Program-made: the position numbers and the translations under genes
In this document: in pieces, positions 36,673 through 48,129 of the stretch
Numbering within the stretch: position 1 is the stretch's first letter
Layout: every line of letters begins with the position of its first letter
Source of the DNA: an uncultured virus (IMG/VR IMGVR_UViG_3300042516_002158)
Lineage: Duplodnaviria; Heunggongvirae; Uroviricota; Caudoviricetes
Virus record (IMG/VR): IMGVR_UViG_3300042516_002158
Reading direction: 5' to 3' (one strand)
DNA: 64,000 nt
The notes under the pieces: generated by a model
Database searches by the model: none
What the model was told of the DNA's origin: nothing
Seen by the model: only the letters and a program-made list of their open reading frames with translations

Positions 36673-38379
36673 TTATAAGCTATTATTCTTCTTTAATTTT
36701 TCGATTTCTAAAGTTAAAGAATGTATTTGTGTTTGTTGTTCTTTGATTGCTTCTACCAATAAACCTATTGTTTTAGAATAATCTAATGCTAAGAAACCAT
36801 CTCCTCTTTCTTTCACCACTTCTGGTAAAACTTCTTGTACTTCTTGTGCAATTAAACCAGTCTTAGGTGTTTCTTTAGTTGCTGTATCAACATCATCATT
36901 CCATTCCCAAGTTACACCATTTAATTTAGTTACTTTTGCTAATGCATCTGTAATATTTACAATGTTGTTCTTATGTCTTTTATCTGAAGTTGAATATGCT
37001 ACTACATCACCAGTTGCTGTGATAGAACCACTTACGATTTGATTAGCTGTAAATGTATTTGCTCCTGCTAATTTAGCATAAGATGTAAATGCACTTGCAG
37101 ATAATGCTGTTTGAGAAGCTAAACTTGCACTAAATGAAGTTGCTGCACTTGCACTATATGCTGAAGCACTTGCAAAAGCACCAGCTGCAGAATTTAAGTT
37201 GGTTACAATTCTACTATCTACTGATGTTGAATATGTTGTTACATTACCAATTCCGGTTAAGGTTGAAACACTTAATGAACCAGATATAGTTGTAGATGCA
37301 TTGATATCCAATGTTCTGCTACTATTTGTCATATCACCATACATAAATGGTTGATCACCCACTTCACCATTTGAAACATAAAATTTATAACTTTCATTCG
37401 TATATGAAGAAGGTCCTGCATTTGCACCCAAATATAAGTTATTCGTTGCGATACCGGTTAGATAACTACCTGCACCGTATCCAATTGCTGTATTTTTAAT
37501 AAATCTATCCGTTTCATCACTTTTACCTTTTAATGCATTACCACCAATTGCTGTTGTATAAAATCCACTATTTACATAACCTCCTACACCATCACCTACG
37601 AATGTATTTGATACAGGTTGTCCATTCACACCACCTGGGTCTGCTAAAGTAAATGCTGCACTTTTACCGATTGTGATATTTCCTACACCATTTACCATTG
37701 AATAACCTGCTTGGTCACCCATTGCAATATTATTACCACCGGTTGTTAAATTATATAATGTACCTCTACCAATACCAGTATTAAATTCACCAGTTGTTAA
37801 ATCAGGCATTACATCAATACCTAAAACAGTATTATTATCAGGAGTATCTCCTCTTCTACCAATTTCGAATTTACCTATATTAACATAAGAACCACTACCA
37901 ATTATTATATTTGCCTGAGAGTATAAACCATTAGGGAAAGTTTGAGAACCATCTGCATTTGTTGTAATAGATGATAATATTGCACCGGCTGCAACAACAT
38001 TAATTGAACCAGTTGAAATATAAAGGTCTCTCCAAATTTTAGTTTGAGAACCCAAATCAAATACGTTATCCACAGATGGAATAAGTGATGAACTTAATGA
38101 TGCAACTACATTAACTGTATCGGATGTATTATCACCGATTGTTAATTGTCCACCTAAAGTTAAATTACCCGCAATATTTGCGTTACCTGTGATATCTAAT
38201 CCAGAACCTGAAATAGCTCCGAATGTTCCAGTACTTCCTGTACCAGTTGATGATAAAACGATATCACCTGTTGCTCCACCAATTACTAATGTTCCCAATG
38301 TAGTGTTTACATATGGTTCACCGAATGCTAACGAACCTGATTGTTGTGCGGTCGTACCACGTCTAAATTTAAGTCCCAT
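36673..38379 (-). CDS. Tail fibre with beta-roll repeats and C-terminal S74 intramolecular chaperone
   Basis: NTxIG repeats; STSDKRHKNNI...GLIAQEVQEVLPEVV. Confidence 0.85.
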   Translation of the reverse strand: MGLKFRRGTTAQQSGSLAFGEPYVNTTLGTLVIGGATGDIVLSSTGTGSTGTFGAISGSGLDITGNANIAGNLTLGGQLTIGDNTSDTVNVVASLSSSLIPSVDNVFDLGSQTKIWRDLYISTGSINVVAAGAILSSITTNADGSQTFPNGLYSQANIIIGSGSYVNIGKFEIGRRGDTPDNNTVLGIDVMPDLTTGEFNTGIGRGTLYNLTTGGNNIAMGDQAGYSMVNGVGNITIGKSAAFTLADPGGVNGQPVSNTFVGDGVGGYVNSGFYTTAIGGNALKGKSDETDRFIKNTAIGYGAGSYLTGIATNNLYLGANAGPSSYTNESYKFYVSNGEVGDQPFMYGDMTNSSRTLDINASTTISGSLSVSTLTGIGNVTTYSTSVDSRIVTNLNSAAGAFASASAYSASAATSFSASLASQTALSASAFTSYAKLAGANTFTANQIVSGSITATGDVVAYSTSDKRHKNNIVNITDALAKVTKLNGVTWEWNDDVDTATKETPKTGLIAQEVQEVLPEVVKERGDGFLALDYSKTIGLLVEAIKEQQTQIHSLTLEIEKLKKNNSL

Positions 38380-38436
38380 TTGAGTTTACTCTTTTTTTTA
38401 GTTTGTTATTAGTCTATAAATATATAAATCTTAATA

Positions 38437-41241
38437 CTAAACTATCTTATTTTCTAAATCTTTTATTCGTTTTTCTTGTTCTTTTGCAACTTCAATTAAT
38501 AAACCTATAATCTTATCATAATCAACACCTAAATAACCAGTAGATGATTCTTTTACTAACTCAGGCAATACTTTTTCAACATCTTGAGCTATCACACCAT
38601 AATCATGTTTACCTGCTTTAAATATAGATTTATCATTCCAATCAAATTCGACACCTCTTAATTGTTGTACTTTGTGGATTGGATTAGAAATTAATTGAAT
38701 GTTATCTTTTAATCTTTCATCCGATGTTGAGTATGCTACTACATCTCCGGTTACATTTAACGAACCACTTATGATTTGGTTTTGTGTAAATGTATTTGCT
38801 ACCGCTAATTTAGCATAAGTTGTTACTGCACTTGCAGAGTATGCCGAAGCACTTGCTAAAGCACCTGCTGCTGAATTTGCATTTGTAATTGCTACCGTTG
38901 CCGCACTTGCACTATACGAAGATGCACTTTGGAATGCTCCCCATGCACTTGCGGAGTTTATAGAAATATTAGTAGATTGTGTTGCATCTGTTTGATATAT
39001 AGATGCACTTAATGTATTTACATCAGTACCAATATTACCAAATCTACTATTTAATGATGCACTAAATGCAAATAAACTACCACTTAACTCACTAAACGAA
39101 GTTGAACCAGTTTGATTTAATGAACCTGTTATAGTCAGTATATCACTTTGTTGATCTCCAATTTGGTTTGAACCACTACTAAATATTACAGATGAACTTT
39201 GTATGATTGTATGTAATTCAGTTGCGTATATAGTTCCACTAACAAATAAATTTCCACTTGCTGTAATATCATTTGTTACATTTAATGAACCACTAATAAT
39301 TTGGTTTGCTTTAAATGTATTTGAACCGGTTGTTGCATATGTTGTATCGTTAAATTCCAATGAATCTAATCTACTATCTACTGATGTTGATAATGATGTT
39401 ACTACTGAAGCTGATACATAATTTGTGATTAAAGAAGTTATCTGTAATTGTTGGTTTGTATCAGTTGTTGCTATACTTGAACTTAAATCAATTCTTGCTG
39501 CATTACTTTCACTAATAGATGTTGCAAATGAACTACTATACGAAGATGCACTTTGGAATGCTCCCCATGCACTTGCGGAGTTTATAGAAATATTAGTAGA
39601 TTGTGTTGCATCTGTTTGATATATAGATGCACTTAATTCTGTTACATTAGCTACACTTATACTAATTCTACTATTAAATGATGAAGATATATCTCTTACA
39701 TCTATACCATCCACTGCACCACTTATAGAACCAGTTATATATTGTGTAAATGTATTATATCCTGTAAATGTATTATTTGTTGAAGTGTTTGCTCCCGCTG
39801 CAATACTTAGATTGGAAACGGATGTACTTATATTTAAAATTGAAGTTTGTAATGCTCCACTAGTTGCACTTAAAGATGAACTAAACGAAGAACTATACGA
39901 AGATGCACTTTGAAATGCTCCCCATGCACTTTCACTTACTATTAATATTGAACTTTGTAAACTTGCACTATACGAAGATGCACTTTGGAATGCTCCCCAT
40001 GCACTTTGAGAATTTATTAATATACTTTGAGTTGCATTATTAATTGTGGTATAAAAACTGCTACTATATAAATTTGTTATAGCATTACTTGCACTAATCC
40101 TACTATCTACTGATTGCGAGTATGTTGCTAAACTACCACTTAATTCTGTAAAGTTAGTTGAACCAGTTACTTCTAATGAACCTGTAATACTTACTTTATC
40201 ACTTTGTTGATCACCGAAAGTTTGAGAACCACTACTGAATATTACTGAGGAACTTTGGTATATTGTATGAATTTCAAATGCGGTAATTGTTCCTGTAATA
40301 TCTACATTACCACTTATAATTTGAGAACCATTAAATGTATTTGAACCAGTTGTTGCAAATATAGCTACCGCACTTGCACTATATGCTGAAGCACTTTGGA
40401 ATGCTCCCCATGCTGATGCAGAGTTTACGGTAATATTTATATCTTGATTATAATCTCTTGTATAAATTGATTCACTTACTAAACTTAATGAAGTAGATAC
40501 ACTTTGTGATAATGTTGCTATTGTTCCACTAATAGAAGAACTTACTGAACTTAAGGATGAACTAAATGAACTACTATAAGAACTTGCACTTTGGAATGCT
40601 CCCCATGCTGATGCACTATTCGAAGCAATATTATCAATATTAGTGTTTATAGTTGTATAGAAACTTGCACTATATGCACTTGCACTTTGGAATGCTCCCC
40701 ATGCACTTTGAGAATTTATTAATACACTTTCTGTTGTATTATTAATTGTGGTATAAAAACTACTACTATATGAAGATGCACTTTGGAATGCTCCCCATGC
40801 ACTTTGAGAATTTATAATTATCCTATTATCTACGGATGTACTATATGTTGTTATATTACCAATACCATTAATCGAACCACTTAGAGTGCCCGTTAATTGT
40901 GTAAATGAACCAGATGTTGCATAAACATTTCTATATACTTTAGATGTAGAACCCAAATCGTATATATTAGTTGCATCAGGTATAATTGAAGAACTTAAAT
41001 CTGCATTAAAAATAACACTATCATTTGTATTATCACCAATTGTAATAGTACCACCTAATGTAATATCTCCACTTACGTTAAAACTACCACTATTAATTCC
41101 ACCGATTTTTGCTAATTGTACATTAGTACCAATATCAGTACCTAATGCTAATGATTGAGATTCAATATCATAATATAATTCACCACTTTCTAATGAACCG
41201 GTAAGTGATTCTCCTCTCCTAATTTGAAATAATGATGCCAT
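38437..41241 (-). CDS. Ser-rich tail fibre with internal repeats and S74 chaperone
   Basis: 8x SAWGAFQSAS; STSDERLKDNI...GVIAQDVEKVLPELV. Confidence 0.85.
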   Translation of the reverse strand: MASLFQIRRGESLTGSLESGELYYDIESQSLALGTDIGTNVQLAKIGGINSGSFNVSGDITLGGTITIGDNTNDSVIFNADLSSSIIPDATNIYDLGSTSKVYRNVYATSGSFTQLTGTLSGSINGIGNITTYSTSVDNRIIINSQSAWGAFQSASSYSSSFYTTINNTTESVLINSQSAWGAFQSASAYSASFYTTINTNIDNIASNSASAWGAFQSASSYSSSFSSSLSSVSSSISGTIATLSQSVSTSLSLVSESIYTRDYNQDINITVNSASAWGAFQSASAYSASAVAIFATTGSNTFNGSQIISGNVDITGTITAFEIHTIYQSSSVIFSSGSQTFGDQQSDKVSITGSLEVTGSTNFTELSGSLATYSQSVDSRISASNAITNLYSSSFYTTINNATQSILINSQSAWGAFQSASSYSASLQSSILIVSESAWGAFQSASSYSSSFSSSLSATSGALQTSILNISTSVSNLSIAAGANTSTNNTFTGYNTFTQYITGSISGAVDGIDVRDISSSFNSRISISVANVTELSASIYQTDATQSTNISINSASAWGAFQSASSYSSSFATSISESNAARIDLSSSIATTDTNQQLQITSLITNYVSASVVTSLSTSVDSRLDSLEFNDTTYATTGSNTFKANQIISGSLNVTNDITASGNLFVSGTIYATELHTIIQSSSVIFSSGSNQIGDQQSDILTITGSLNQTGSTSFSELSGSLFAFSASLNSRFGNIGTDVNTLSASIYQTDATQSTNISINSASAWGAFQSASSYSASAATVAITNANSAAGALASASAYSASAVTTYAKLAVANTFTQNQIISGSLNVTGDVVAYSTSDERLKDNIQLISNPIHKVQQLRGVEFDWNDKSIFKAGKHDYGVIAQDVEKVLPELVKESSTGYLGVDYDKIIGLLIEVAKEQEKRIKDLENKIV
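38912..40802. repeat. Intragenic coding repeats (8 copies of ~23-nt core; ~100-nt duplication 38912-39012 / 39535-39636)
   Basis: gcacttt(g/a)gaatgctccccatgc-type core recurring in frame. Confidence 0.85.
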
Positions 41242-41290
41242 TTAATCTTATATGTTTTTTATAAATATCTTAAATTAATATTTTGTTTAA

Positions 41291-42952
41291 TTATCTAATA
41301 TAAACTTCTACTCTTGCACTTCTATTTATACCAGTCGTATCTTGACAACACCCAATCATATCTCCACCTGAATAGTTTCCGTATCTACTATCCATACCAA
41401 TTCCACCACTTACATCGTCCGAACCTCTGTATGGGCCAATAGCCAAAGTGGCTGGAGATGTATATAATCCTTCTCCATTCTCATTCCAACCAAACCCCCA
41501 TCTAACTTTTGCATCGGTTACACCAAAATATGTTGGGTTATTTCTAAAATTAAATCCGTAAAATCTAATATCCACCTGGCTTGAAAATATACCACTAGCC
41601 CAACCAGTAAAAGTTTTTGCATCTCTTAAAAAATATCCACCATAAGTACCACCATCTCCACTTTCGTATGTTCCTGCATTAGTAAAAAAATCTACTAAAT
41701 TTGTTCGTGTACTAGCTCTACCACCATTAAAACCTTTTTCCATCCATGTCCAAGTTCCTGTTCCAGCAATACTACCTCCGCTTGTTGCAATATCAGGCCA
41801 TCTAGCCATTAAATCCGTACCTTCGAAATAATTGAATGCATCATATTTAGCATCACCATCATCTTGATTTAAGTTATTTTGATTTAATACATTTTGTGTA
41901 GTCCAATAACTTGCCCCATAATTAAAAGTAGTTCCTCTTGTGGCTTTCATTACCATCATCCACCCTCCACCATCAAATGCACTATCCATTATACAAAATG
42001 TTTTTCTAGGGCCGATGCTGGGTAAATTTATATAATATACACCATTTGGTGCATTTGAATTTAAGGTTTTTATTGTTTGCGCCGAATCTGCTGGATTAAA
42101 TGCTGAACCCAATGGAGCATCTACTCCGTATCTACCTCTTTGTTCATTAAATATAGTTCCAATTTCTTCATCACTTAATGCTCTATTATATATCATTACA
42201 CCACCTATATACCCAATAAGTAGTTCACCATCATTTCCTTCACCAAATCTTAATGTTTCGGTATTTGTAGTTGAACTAACTGCTCCCGTTACATATGCAC
42301 ATCGTATTGTATCAATGAATGTTGCTTTTGACGAACCATCACTTCTAATAACAACTTGTTGCCATTTACTCCCTACTATTGAATTTGTTGGTGTATCTAT
42401 CGCGCCTAATGAATAGTTTGTTTCATAATGAATATATCCAAATGCACTTCTTAATGTTGCAGCATATTGTTGTGAGTTTCCTTTACTTATTAATCCATGC
42501 CAAGTTGTTCCTCCCAATGATGGATTTACCCAAATTAAAACAGTATATTGTTGTGTACTTGTAAAATCTAATGAACTATGATGTGCAACATTTGCTCTTG
42601 CAGTTCCATCGAAATATAAAGAACCTCCTCCGGTTGTGTTAAATGTTACGCCGGAACCAGGTAGAGTTAAATTATTTGAATTTCCTGATAAATCAGTTAG
42701 TGTACTACCATTACCACTATAACATTGAGGGTCACCTGCATCTATATAACAAACTAAACCAGATGTACTATAATTTTCTTTTCTTTTTTGTGCACTCATC
42801 CATTTAGTTCCATCATATACTTCAACCTCAGTACGACTTGAATTATATCTCATCATTCCAGTTGTTGGTGATGGTCTTTGTGTTCCTGTTCCGGATGGTA
42901 ATCCCAAATATCCCGTAGAACTTGTTATTGTTGTATTTTTTAAACTTGCCAT
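41291..42952 (-). CDS. Fibre/adhesin with LamG-like and fibrinogen-like domains
   Basis: GLVCYIDAG...YNRALS; NGVYYI...FCIMD..GGGWM. Confidence 0.75.
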   Translation of the reverse strand: MASLKNTTITSSTGYLGLPSGTGTQRPSPTTGMMRYNSSRTEVEVYDGTKWMSAQKRKENYSTSGLVCYIDAGDPQCYSGNGSTLTDLSGNSNNLTLPGSGVTFNTTGGGSLYFDGTARANVAHHSSLDFTSTQQYTVLIWVNPSLGGTTWHGLISKGNSQQYAATLRSAFGYIHYETNYSLGAIDTPTNSIVGSKWQQVVIRSDGSSKATFIDTIRCAYVTGAVSSTTNTETLRFGEGNDGELLIGYIGGVMIYNRALSDEEIGTIFNEQRGRYGVDAPLGSAFNPADSAQTIKTLNSNAPNGVYYINLPSIGPRKTFCIMDSAFDGGGWMMVMKATRGTTFNYGASYWTTQNVLNQNNLNQDDGDAKYDAFNYFEGTDLMARWPDIATSGGSIAGTGTWTWMEKGFNGGRASTRTNLVDFFTNAGTYESGDGGTYGGYFLRDAKTFTGWASGIFSSQVDIRFYGFNFRNNPTYFGVTDAKVRWGFGWNENGEGLYTSPATLAIGPYRGSDDVSGGIGMDSRYGNYSGGDMIGCCQDTTGINRSARVEVYIR

Positions 42953-42953
42953 A

Positions 42954-43667
42954 TTATCTTATCCATAATTGAACGTGTGAAAGATACATTGCCTCATCCG
43001 CTTGAGCTTGGTCTGCTCCCAATACATGTCTTGCAGTAAATGAAGTTGATGTGTGGTCATAATAACCACTATCAAAAACATAATATCCATGTATAGTTGG
43101 GTTACCAGTAGCAGTTGTCCACGGTGTATGTGTATATGTTTTTGACCCACTCCATGTTGCAGTTGCACCGGATTGTAAAACAGATATTGATGGAACTGCA
43201 TTCCATGTTTTTGTAAATCTTAAAAATTCAGTTTCAGTTCCAGTAGAATTCATTAAAAATAAATTATTAGTTTCAGTATCTACGGAATCTACTAAATGCC
43301 AAAATACTACATAACGAACTTGTGTATGTGTTGGAATCGAACCCAATGTTAATGTATATGTTGCCGGGCCTGTTGTCCAACCGTGTGCTGTAATGTGTCC
43401 CAATCCACCGAAATTTAACATTGAATAGGTTGTACTATTATTCCAATTTCCGGTATATAAATTTGCATCTCTGCCTTCATAATAATGTAAATAACCTTCC
43501 GTTCTAGCATATGGATTTAACCAACTACTGATATAAACTTCGGGTCTACCTAATGTACTATTATATCTTAGATATCCATTTGATGCGGATGGTCTTTCAC
43601 CAGTAGTACCGGTTGGTAATCCGATAAACCCAGTATCATTGATTGTTAAATTTTTTAAGCTTGCCAT
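42954..43667 (-). CDS. Fibre-associated protein
   Basis: Shares the LPxGTTxxRP...GxxRYN N-terminal module with neighbours. Confidence 0.7.
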   Translation of the reverse strand: MASLKNLTINDTGFIGLPTGTTGERPSASNGYLRYNSTLGRPEVYISSWLNPYARTEGYLHYYEGRDANLYTGNWNNSTTYSMLNFGGLGHITAHGWTTGPATYTLTLGSIPTHTQVRYVVFWHLVDSVDTETNNLFLMNSTGTETEFLRFTKTWNAVPSISVLQSGATATWSGSKTYTHTPWTTATGNPTIHGYYVFDSGYYDHTSTSFTARHVLGADQAQADEAMYLSHVQLWIR

Positions 43668-44530
43668 TATAGTCCGAATCTATATTTTTGTGCGTTATAA
43701 TTTTGTAAAACTTGTGCCCCACTTAATCCTATACTATACATTCTTGCAATTGCAATTTGTCCTTGAAAATTATGAAGAGCATCGGTCAATCCACTACCAT
43801 ATGTTCCAACTACATATGTTGCTGCGGCAATTGTTCCGGTTTGTGCTGATGACCAAACTTGACTACCATTTACATAAGCTCTACTTGTTGAACCATCCCA
43901 CGTACCTACAATATGAGACCAAACATTATTAGGAATATTACCATCTGCACTATATGGTCTACTACTATTAGTGGTATTTGCCCAATGTAGTGAGTGTGTA
44001 CTACCACCATCTGCAGAATTAAATAAACCCAAATACATTGTGTTTGTTGCTGAAATTACTCCACCTCGTACCGTACCAGTACTTACCGTTCTTGTTGGCT
44101 TTATCCATGCCTCACATGTTATTTGTGATGTTGGTAATGTATTTAATGTAGAAATTCTAACATAATCGTTAGTTCCATCAAATGAAACAGCTCCACCCGA
44201 ACTCTCTGTTGGTGAATGGGTTGGTCCGTTTACAAATATTCCATGTGCACATTGTGAACTAATATCATACCATATATTACCACCTCGATAACTTGTTGGT
44301 TTACTACTATCTAAATGAAGTAATAAATTTGAAGTTACAATAGCATTTTCTGAAATTTTACCAGTTGTATAGTCTAACCAATAACTACCATTATAATATT
44401 CTATAATACCCAATGTAGTATTGAATCTAATATATCCTGTAGCTGGTGATGCCGGTCTTTGGGTTGTTGTTCCCGATGGTAATGTTATATGACCAGTATC
44501 GTTTATAGTAAGATTTGTAAGATTTGCCAT
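43667..44530 (-). CDS. LamG-like fibre/adhesin
   Basis: LLLHLDS, FDGTNDY, WSHIVGTWDG, YVNG. Confidence 0.8.
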   Translation of the reverse strand: MANLTNLTINDTGHITLPSGTTTQRPASPATGYIRFNTTLGIIEYYNGSYWLDYTTGKISENAIVTSNLLLHLDSSKPTSYRGGNIWYDISSQCAHGIFVNGPTHSPTESSGGAVSFDGTNDYVRISTLNTLPTSQITCEAWIKPTRTVSTGTVRGGVISATNTMYLGLFNSADGGSTHSLHWANTTNSSRPYSADGNIPNNVWSHIVGTWDGSTSRAYVNGSQVWSSAQTGTIAAATYVVGTYGSGLTDALHNFQGQIAIARMYSIGLSGAQVLQNYNAQKYRFGL

Positions 44531-47298
44531 TATCTATTTGCTTTTAAATCTTCAATTTCTTTTTTTAAATCTTTTATTGCCTCGATTAAAACTGCGGTAA
44601 TTCTACTATATGAAACTGAATCTATTTCACCTTCTTCACTTTTTAAAACTACTTCAGGTAAAACTTCATAAATTTCTTCTGCAATCACACCGACTTCTTT
44701 AACACCATTATCTTTTTTATTATAAGTAACACCCCTCATTTGAAGAACTTTATCTAAACCATATTTAATAGTTTCAACATTTTCTTTATATCGTAATGAA
44801 GAAGTTTCTGTAAAAGTACCAGATATAGTGGCGTTGCCATTACTTGCTAATAAAAATTTAGTAGAATTAGCTGCACCATTTGTTATGTAAAACTCACCGT
44901 CTGTTGCAACTACTAATGTGTTAGAGGCCGCATAGGTTGTTCCTCCTCTCGTTGCACCATTTAAATAAATTGTAGCTCCTCCACCTCCACTAGATACACT
45001 ACCATAAGAATTACTTGCTCCTAATGTTAAAAATCCCGTAGTACCACTATTAATTGAAATTGTTCCAGTAAATGTATTAGAACCGGTTGTTGCAAACGTA
45101 GTTGATTTAAATTCTTCACTTCTTAATCTACTATCTACTGATGTACTTAATGAACTTACACTTGCTGAGTTTATTGTAATATTATAGTTAGATGCACTTA
45201 TTGATGTTTCTACCGATGAACTATATGTTGTTACATTACCAAATCCAGTAATTGTAGAAGCACTTAAAGCACCGGTTACATCTAAACCATTTGTAATAGT
45301 TACTTTAGTACCATCATCACTAATATTTGAATCAACTAAATGTTCTTTACCTGTTCCTTTTGGTAATCTATTATTTGTAAGATATGTTTCGTTTCCTAAA
45401 TTATCATATGTTTCAGGACCCATTAAAGCAACGGAAGATGTTACAACACTACTATCTCCTCTATGAATAAATAACATTTCATCTTGTACTGAATCATACA
45501 AAAATGAACCAGAACCACCCACCGAACCACTATCACCTATTACCAAACCAGCATATCTAATTGCCGGAGTTGCTGTGTTTAAATTTACAATGTTAGTACC
45601 GATTGATACTGCCGATGCTGTAATATTTTGTAGAGATGAACTACCTTGTACTATTAAATTTGAACTTACGAAAAGTGAACCTGTAATAGTTTGTGTTCCT
45701 ATAAATGTATTGCTACCAGTTGTTGCATATGTTCCACTATTACTTTCAAAATTTACTACTCTACTATTAACGGATGAACTAAATGTTGAATATCCAGTTG
45801 TTTGTGTTAAATCAATTTGTGAAGAACCACTTACTAATGGAGTTGTTGTTGATACAATAGAACCGGTGATACCAATGTTATTACCAAATTGAATTGCATT
45901 GCCATCAGAAGATGTTATTTTATTACCATTTTGTATTTGTAGTGTTCCTCTTACATCAATTAAACCAGTTGTTGGATCAAATAATAAGTTACCACCACCT
46001 GATGATTTTAATTGAATATCACCATCTGCAGATTGTAAAATAATACTATCACTTCCTGCTTCTAAAATCTTAATTGATTGTCCTACATCAGTTGTAATTT
46101 GTAACTCATTTCCAGTTGAACCCAATACCTTTGTTCCATCTATATAAAGTGAACCAGATGAAACGTATATATCTCTCCATTGATACGTTGCACTACCTAA
46201 ATCGTATGTATTATCCGTTGCAGGTATAATTGAACCACTCATTGTTTGAGTTCCTACAAACGTATTAGAACCCGTTACAGCATATCCTAAATTAGAAATT
46301 TGCGTTGAAGAACTAATAATGTTATTTGGTTTATTTTCAATGTTATCCCACGTTGTTTGTGTGATACTACCACTTAACACATATCTACTATCATATGAAC
46401 TTGTCAATTGTGCCGAACTACTTACTACTCCATTTGGTAAAGTTGCGTTAATACCTTCTGCACCAACCGTTGCTACTAATTGATTTCCTACAATAAACTT
46501 AATACCTTCGGTTGTAGGAACAATTTGAGAACTTCCAGTTGTATTTGCTAAAAATCCTTTATAACCAACCGGTGAACCTACTTCTTGTTCCCATTGAAAA
46601 TCTATTAAATATTTAGATGATGTTACGTTAAATTCACTTATAGATGCTGAACTATTTGAATCATAATCCCAACCATCTCTCGGTATATCATCACTTACTA
46701 CACCTCTTAATCCACTACCATCACCTTGAAAAGAACCACTAAAACTTCCACTATTATTTCCTTGACTTAAATCTGCCCCATTCAAATAAAATGAACCAGT
46801 TACGTTTACTGAACCTGTGAATTGGTGTATATCATCGGATGTATTACCAAATTTAGAACTACCACTTTCAAATATAACCGATGATGAAATTATGTTAATA
46901 TTGAATTGAGTTGCATTAATCGCACCCATTACTGTTAAACTACCGGTGATTGCCGCACTTCCACTTAATTGAAAATTGTTGTGTGTAATGTTTAAAGTAT
47001 CGTTAATTGATAAACCACTACCACTTAATGAACCACTTGCATCGATATCACCATCTGTAATTACATCTCTAACTACATATAAATCTCTTTGTATTGTAAT
47101 ATCATCACTAACGAATAATGAACCAGATGTAATTGAATCCGTTGTTACTATTGTTTCTACTGACTCTACTGAGCCGGATTTCTTAAAATATAATTTACCA
47201 TCAAAGGTATTAATTGCTACTTCACCTAAGTTAATTGAACCCGTATCAGGAACCCTACCAGGAACGGCTGAGCGTTTTAGTATAATGTTTTGAGCCAT
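44530..47298 (-). CDS. Tail fibre with S74 chaperone
   Basis: IILKRS..PG.VP N-terminus; ETSSLRYKENV...GVIAEE. Confidence 0.85.
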   Translation of the reverse strand: MAQNIILKRSAVPGRVPDTGSINLGEVAINTFDGKLYFKKSGSVESVETIVTTDSITSGSLFVSDDITIQRDLYVVRDVITDGDIDASGSLSGSGLSINDTLNITHNNFQLSGSAAITGSLTVMGAINATQFNINIISSSVIFESGSSKFGNTSDDIHQFTGSVNVTGSFYLNGADLSQGNNSGSFSGSFQGDGSGLRGVVSDDIPRDGWDYDSNSSASISEFNVTSSKYLIDFQWEQEVGSPVGYKGFLANTTGSSQIVPTTEGIKFIVGNQLVATVGAEGINATLPNGVVSSSAQLTSSYDSRYVLSGSITQTTWDNIENKPNNIISSSTQISNLGYAVTGSNTFVGTQTMSGSIIPATDNTYDLGSATYQWRDIYVSSGSLYIDGTKVLGSTGNELQITTDVGQSIKILEAGSDSIILQSADGDIQLKSSGGGNLLFDPTTGLIDVRGTLQIQNGNKITSSDGNAIQFGNNIGITGSIVSTTTPLVSGSSQIDLTQTTGYSTFSSSVNSRVVNFESNSGTYATTGSNTFIGTQTITGSLFVSSNLIVQGSSSLQNITASAVSIGTNIVNLNTATPAIRYAGLVIGDSGSVGGSGSFLYDSVQDEMLFIHRGDSSVVTSSVALMGPETYDNLGNETYLTNNRLPKGTGKEHLVDSNISDDGTKVTITNGLDVTGALSASTITGFGNVTTYSSSVETSISASNYNITINSASVSSLSTSVDSRLRSEEFKSTTFATTGSNTFTGTISINSGTTGFLTLGASNSYGSVSSGGGGATIYLNGATRGGTTYAASNTLVVATDGEFYITNGAANSTKFLLASNGNATISGTFTETSSLRYKENVETIKYGLDKVLQMRGVTYNKKDNGVKEVGVIAEEIYEVLPEVVLKSEEGEIDSVSYSRITAVLIEAIKDLKKEIEDLKANR

Positions 47299-47402
47299 AT
47301 GTATGGAAACGTTTTATGTGTTATCTAACAACGAAAAAAGGTACTATATAGTACCTTTATAAATATGTTAAATTAAAATAAAACGAAATAATATAAATAT
47401 TA

Positions 47403-47432
47403 AAATCCCCCACTTTTAAGGTGAGGGAATTT
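47403..47432 (-). terminator. Intrinsic terminator
   Basis: TCCCTCAC/GTGGGGGA hairpin plus TTTT. Confidence 0.65.
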
Positions 47433-47455
47433 ATATATTTTATTTTATAATTTTA

Positions 47456-48061
47456 TTATGCCCAAACACCTGCATCAGGACCTGCTGCAAATTGAGTATA
47501 AATTGAAGAACTGAATGATAATACATCACCGATACCATATACACTACCACTAAACCCATCTTCTGCTGTGATAGTTGCAATAGTTAAATCATTGTATCTG
47601 AAATCAATTGCATCTGCATCAGTTGCTACTTTGTAAAGAGAACCACTACCTTGAATAAATCCAATTGTTCCTGCAAATGGGTCAGAGTTGAAATCAAAAT
47701 CATCCGGTCTCATTGATGCGGTTACACCTGTTAAGTTGCTACCATCACCACTAAATGAACCTGTAAATGCACCACTTACTGGACCTGCAAAGTATGTGTT
47801 ACCATCAAAGTTTGCATCACCATTGATTTCTAATTGTCCAAACGAACCTGTTCCTAAGATATTAATTGAACCAGTTACTTCCGCACCGGTTACAACAAGT
47901 TGTTCAATCGTTACTGTCCCAGCATTATCTTTTTTAAGAAATACTCTACCATCTGTGGTGTTTACACCCAATTCACCAAGTTGTAATTGGTCGGTTGTAG
48001 GTACTTTTGCCGCTAAATTTGAACGTCTTAAGAGTACTGATTGTGTTACTGCTGTTGCCAT
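47456..48061 (-). CDS. Fibre-associated protein (start re-called at MATAV)
   Basis: VLLRRS..AKVP...GELGVN N-terminus paralogous to 44530-47298; upstream extension overlaps a terminator. Confidence 0.75.
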   Translation of the reverse strand: MATAVTQSVLLRRSNLAAKVPTTDQLQLGELGVNTTDGRVFLKKDNAGTVTIEQLVVTGAEVTGSINILGTGSFGQLEINGDANFDGNTYFAGPVSGAFTGSFSGDGSNLTGVTASMRPDDFDFNSDPFAGTIGFIQGSGSLYKVATDADAIDFRYNDLTIATITAEDGFSGSVYGIGDVLSFSSSIYTQFAAGPDAGVWA

Positions 48062-48090
48062 ATATTTGTTTTCCCTTTTACTTTTCTTTT

Positions 48091-48118
48091 TAAAATCCCC
48101 CATATTTCAGGGGGATTA
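48091..48118 (-). terminator. Intrinsic terminator
   Basis: AATCCCCC/GGGGGATT hairpin plus TTTT. Confidence 0.65.
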
Positions 48119-48129
48119 ATTATTTTTTA

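Noticed and set aside
38912..40802. Repeats resembling a CRISPR array
   Set aside because: Irregular spacing, all in frame within a fibre CDS, no cas genes.
48062..48103. N-terminal extension MGDFKKKSKRENKY of ORF 47456-48103
   Set aside because: It starts inside a terminator hairpin; paralog alignment favours the ATG at 48061.
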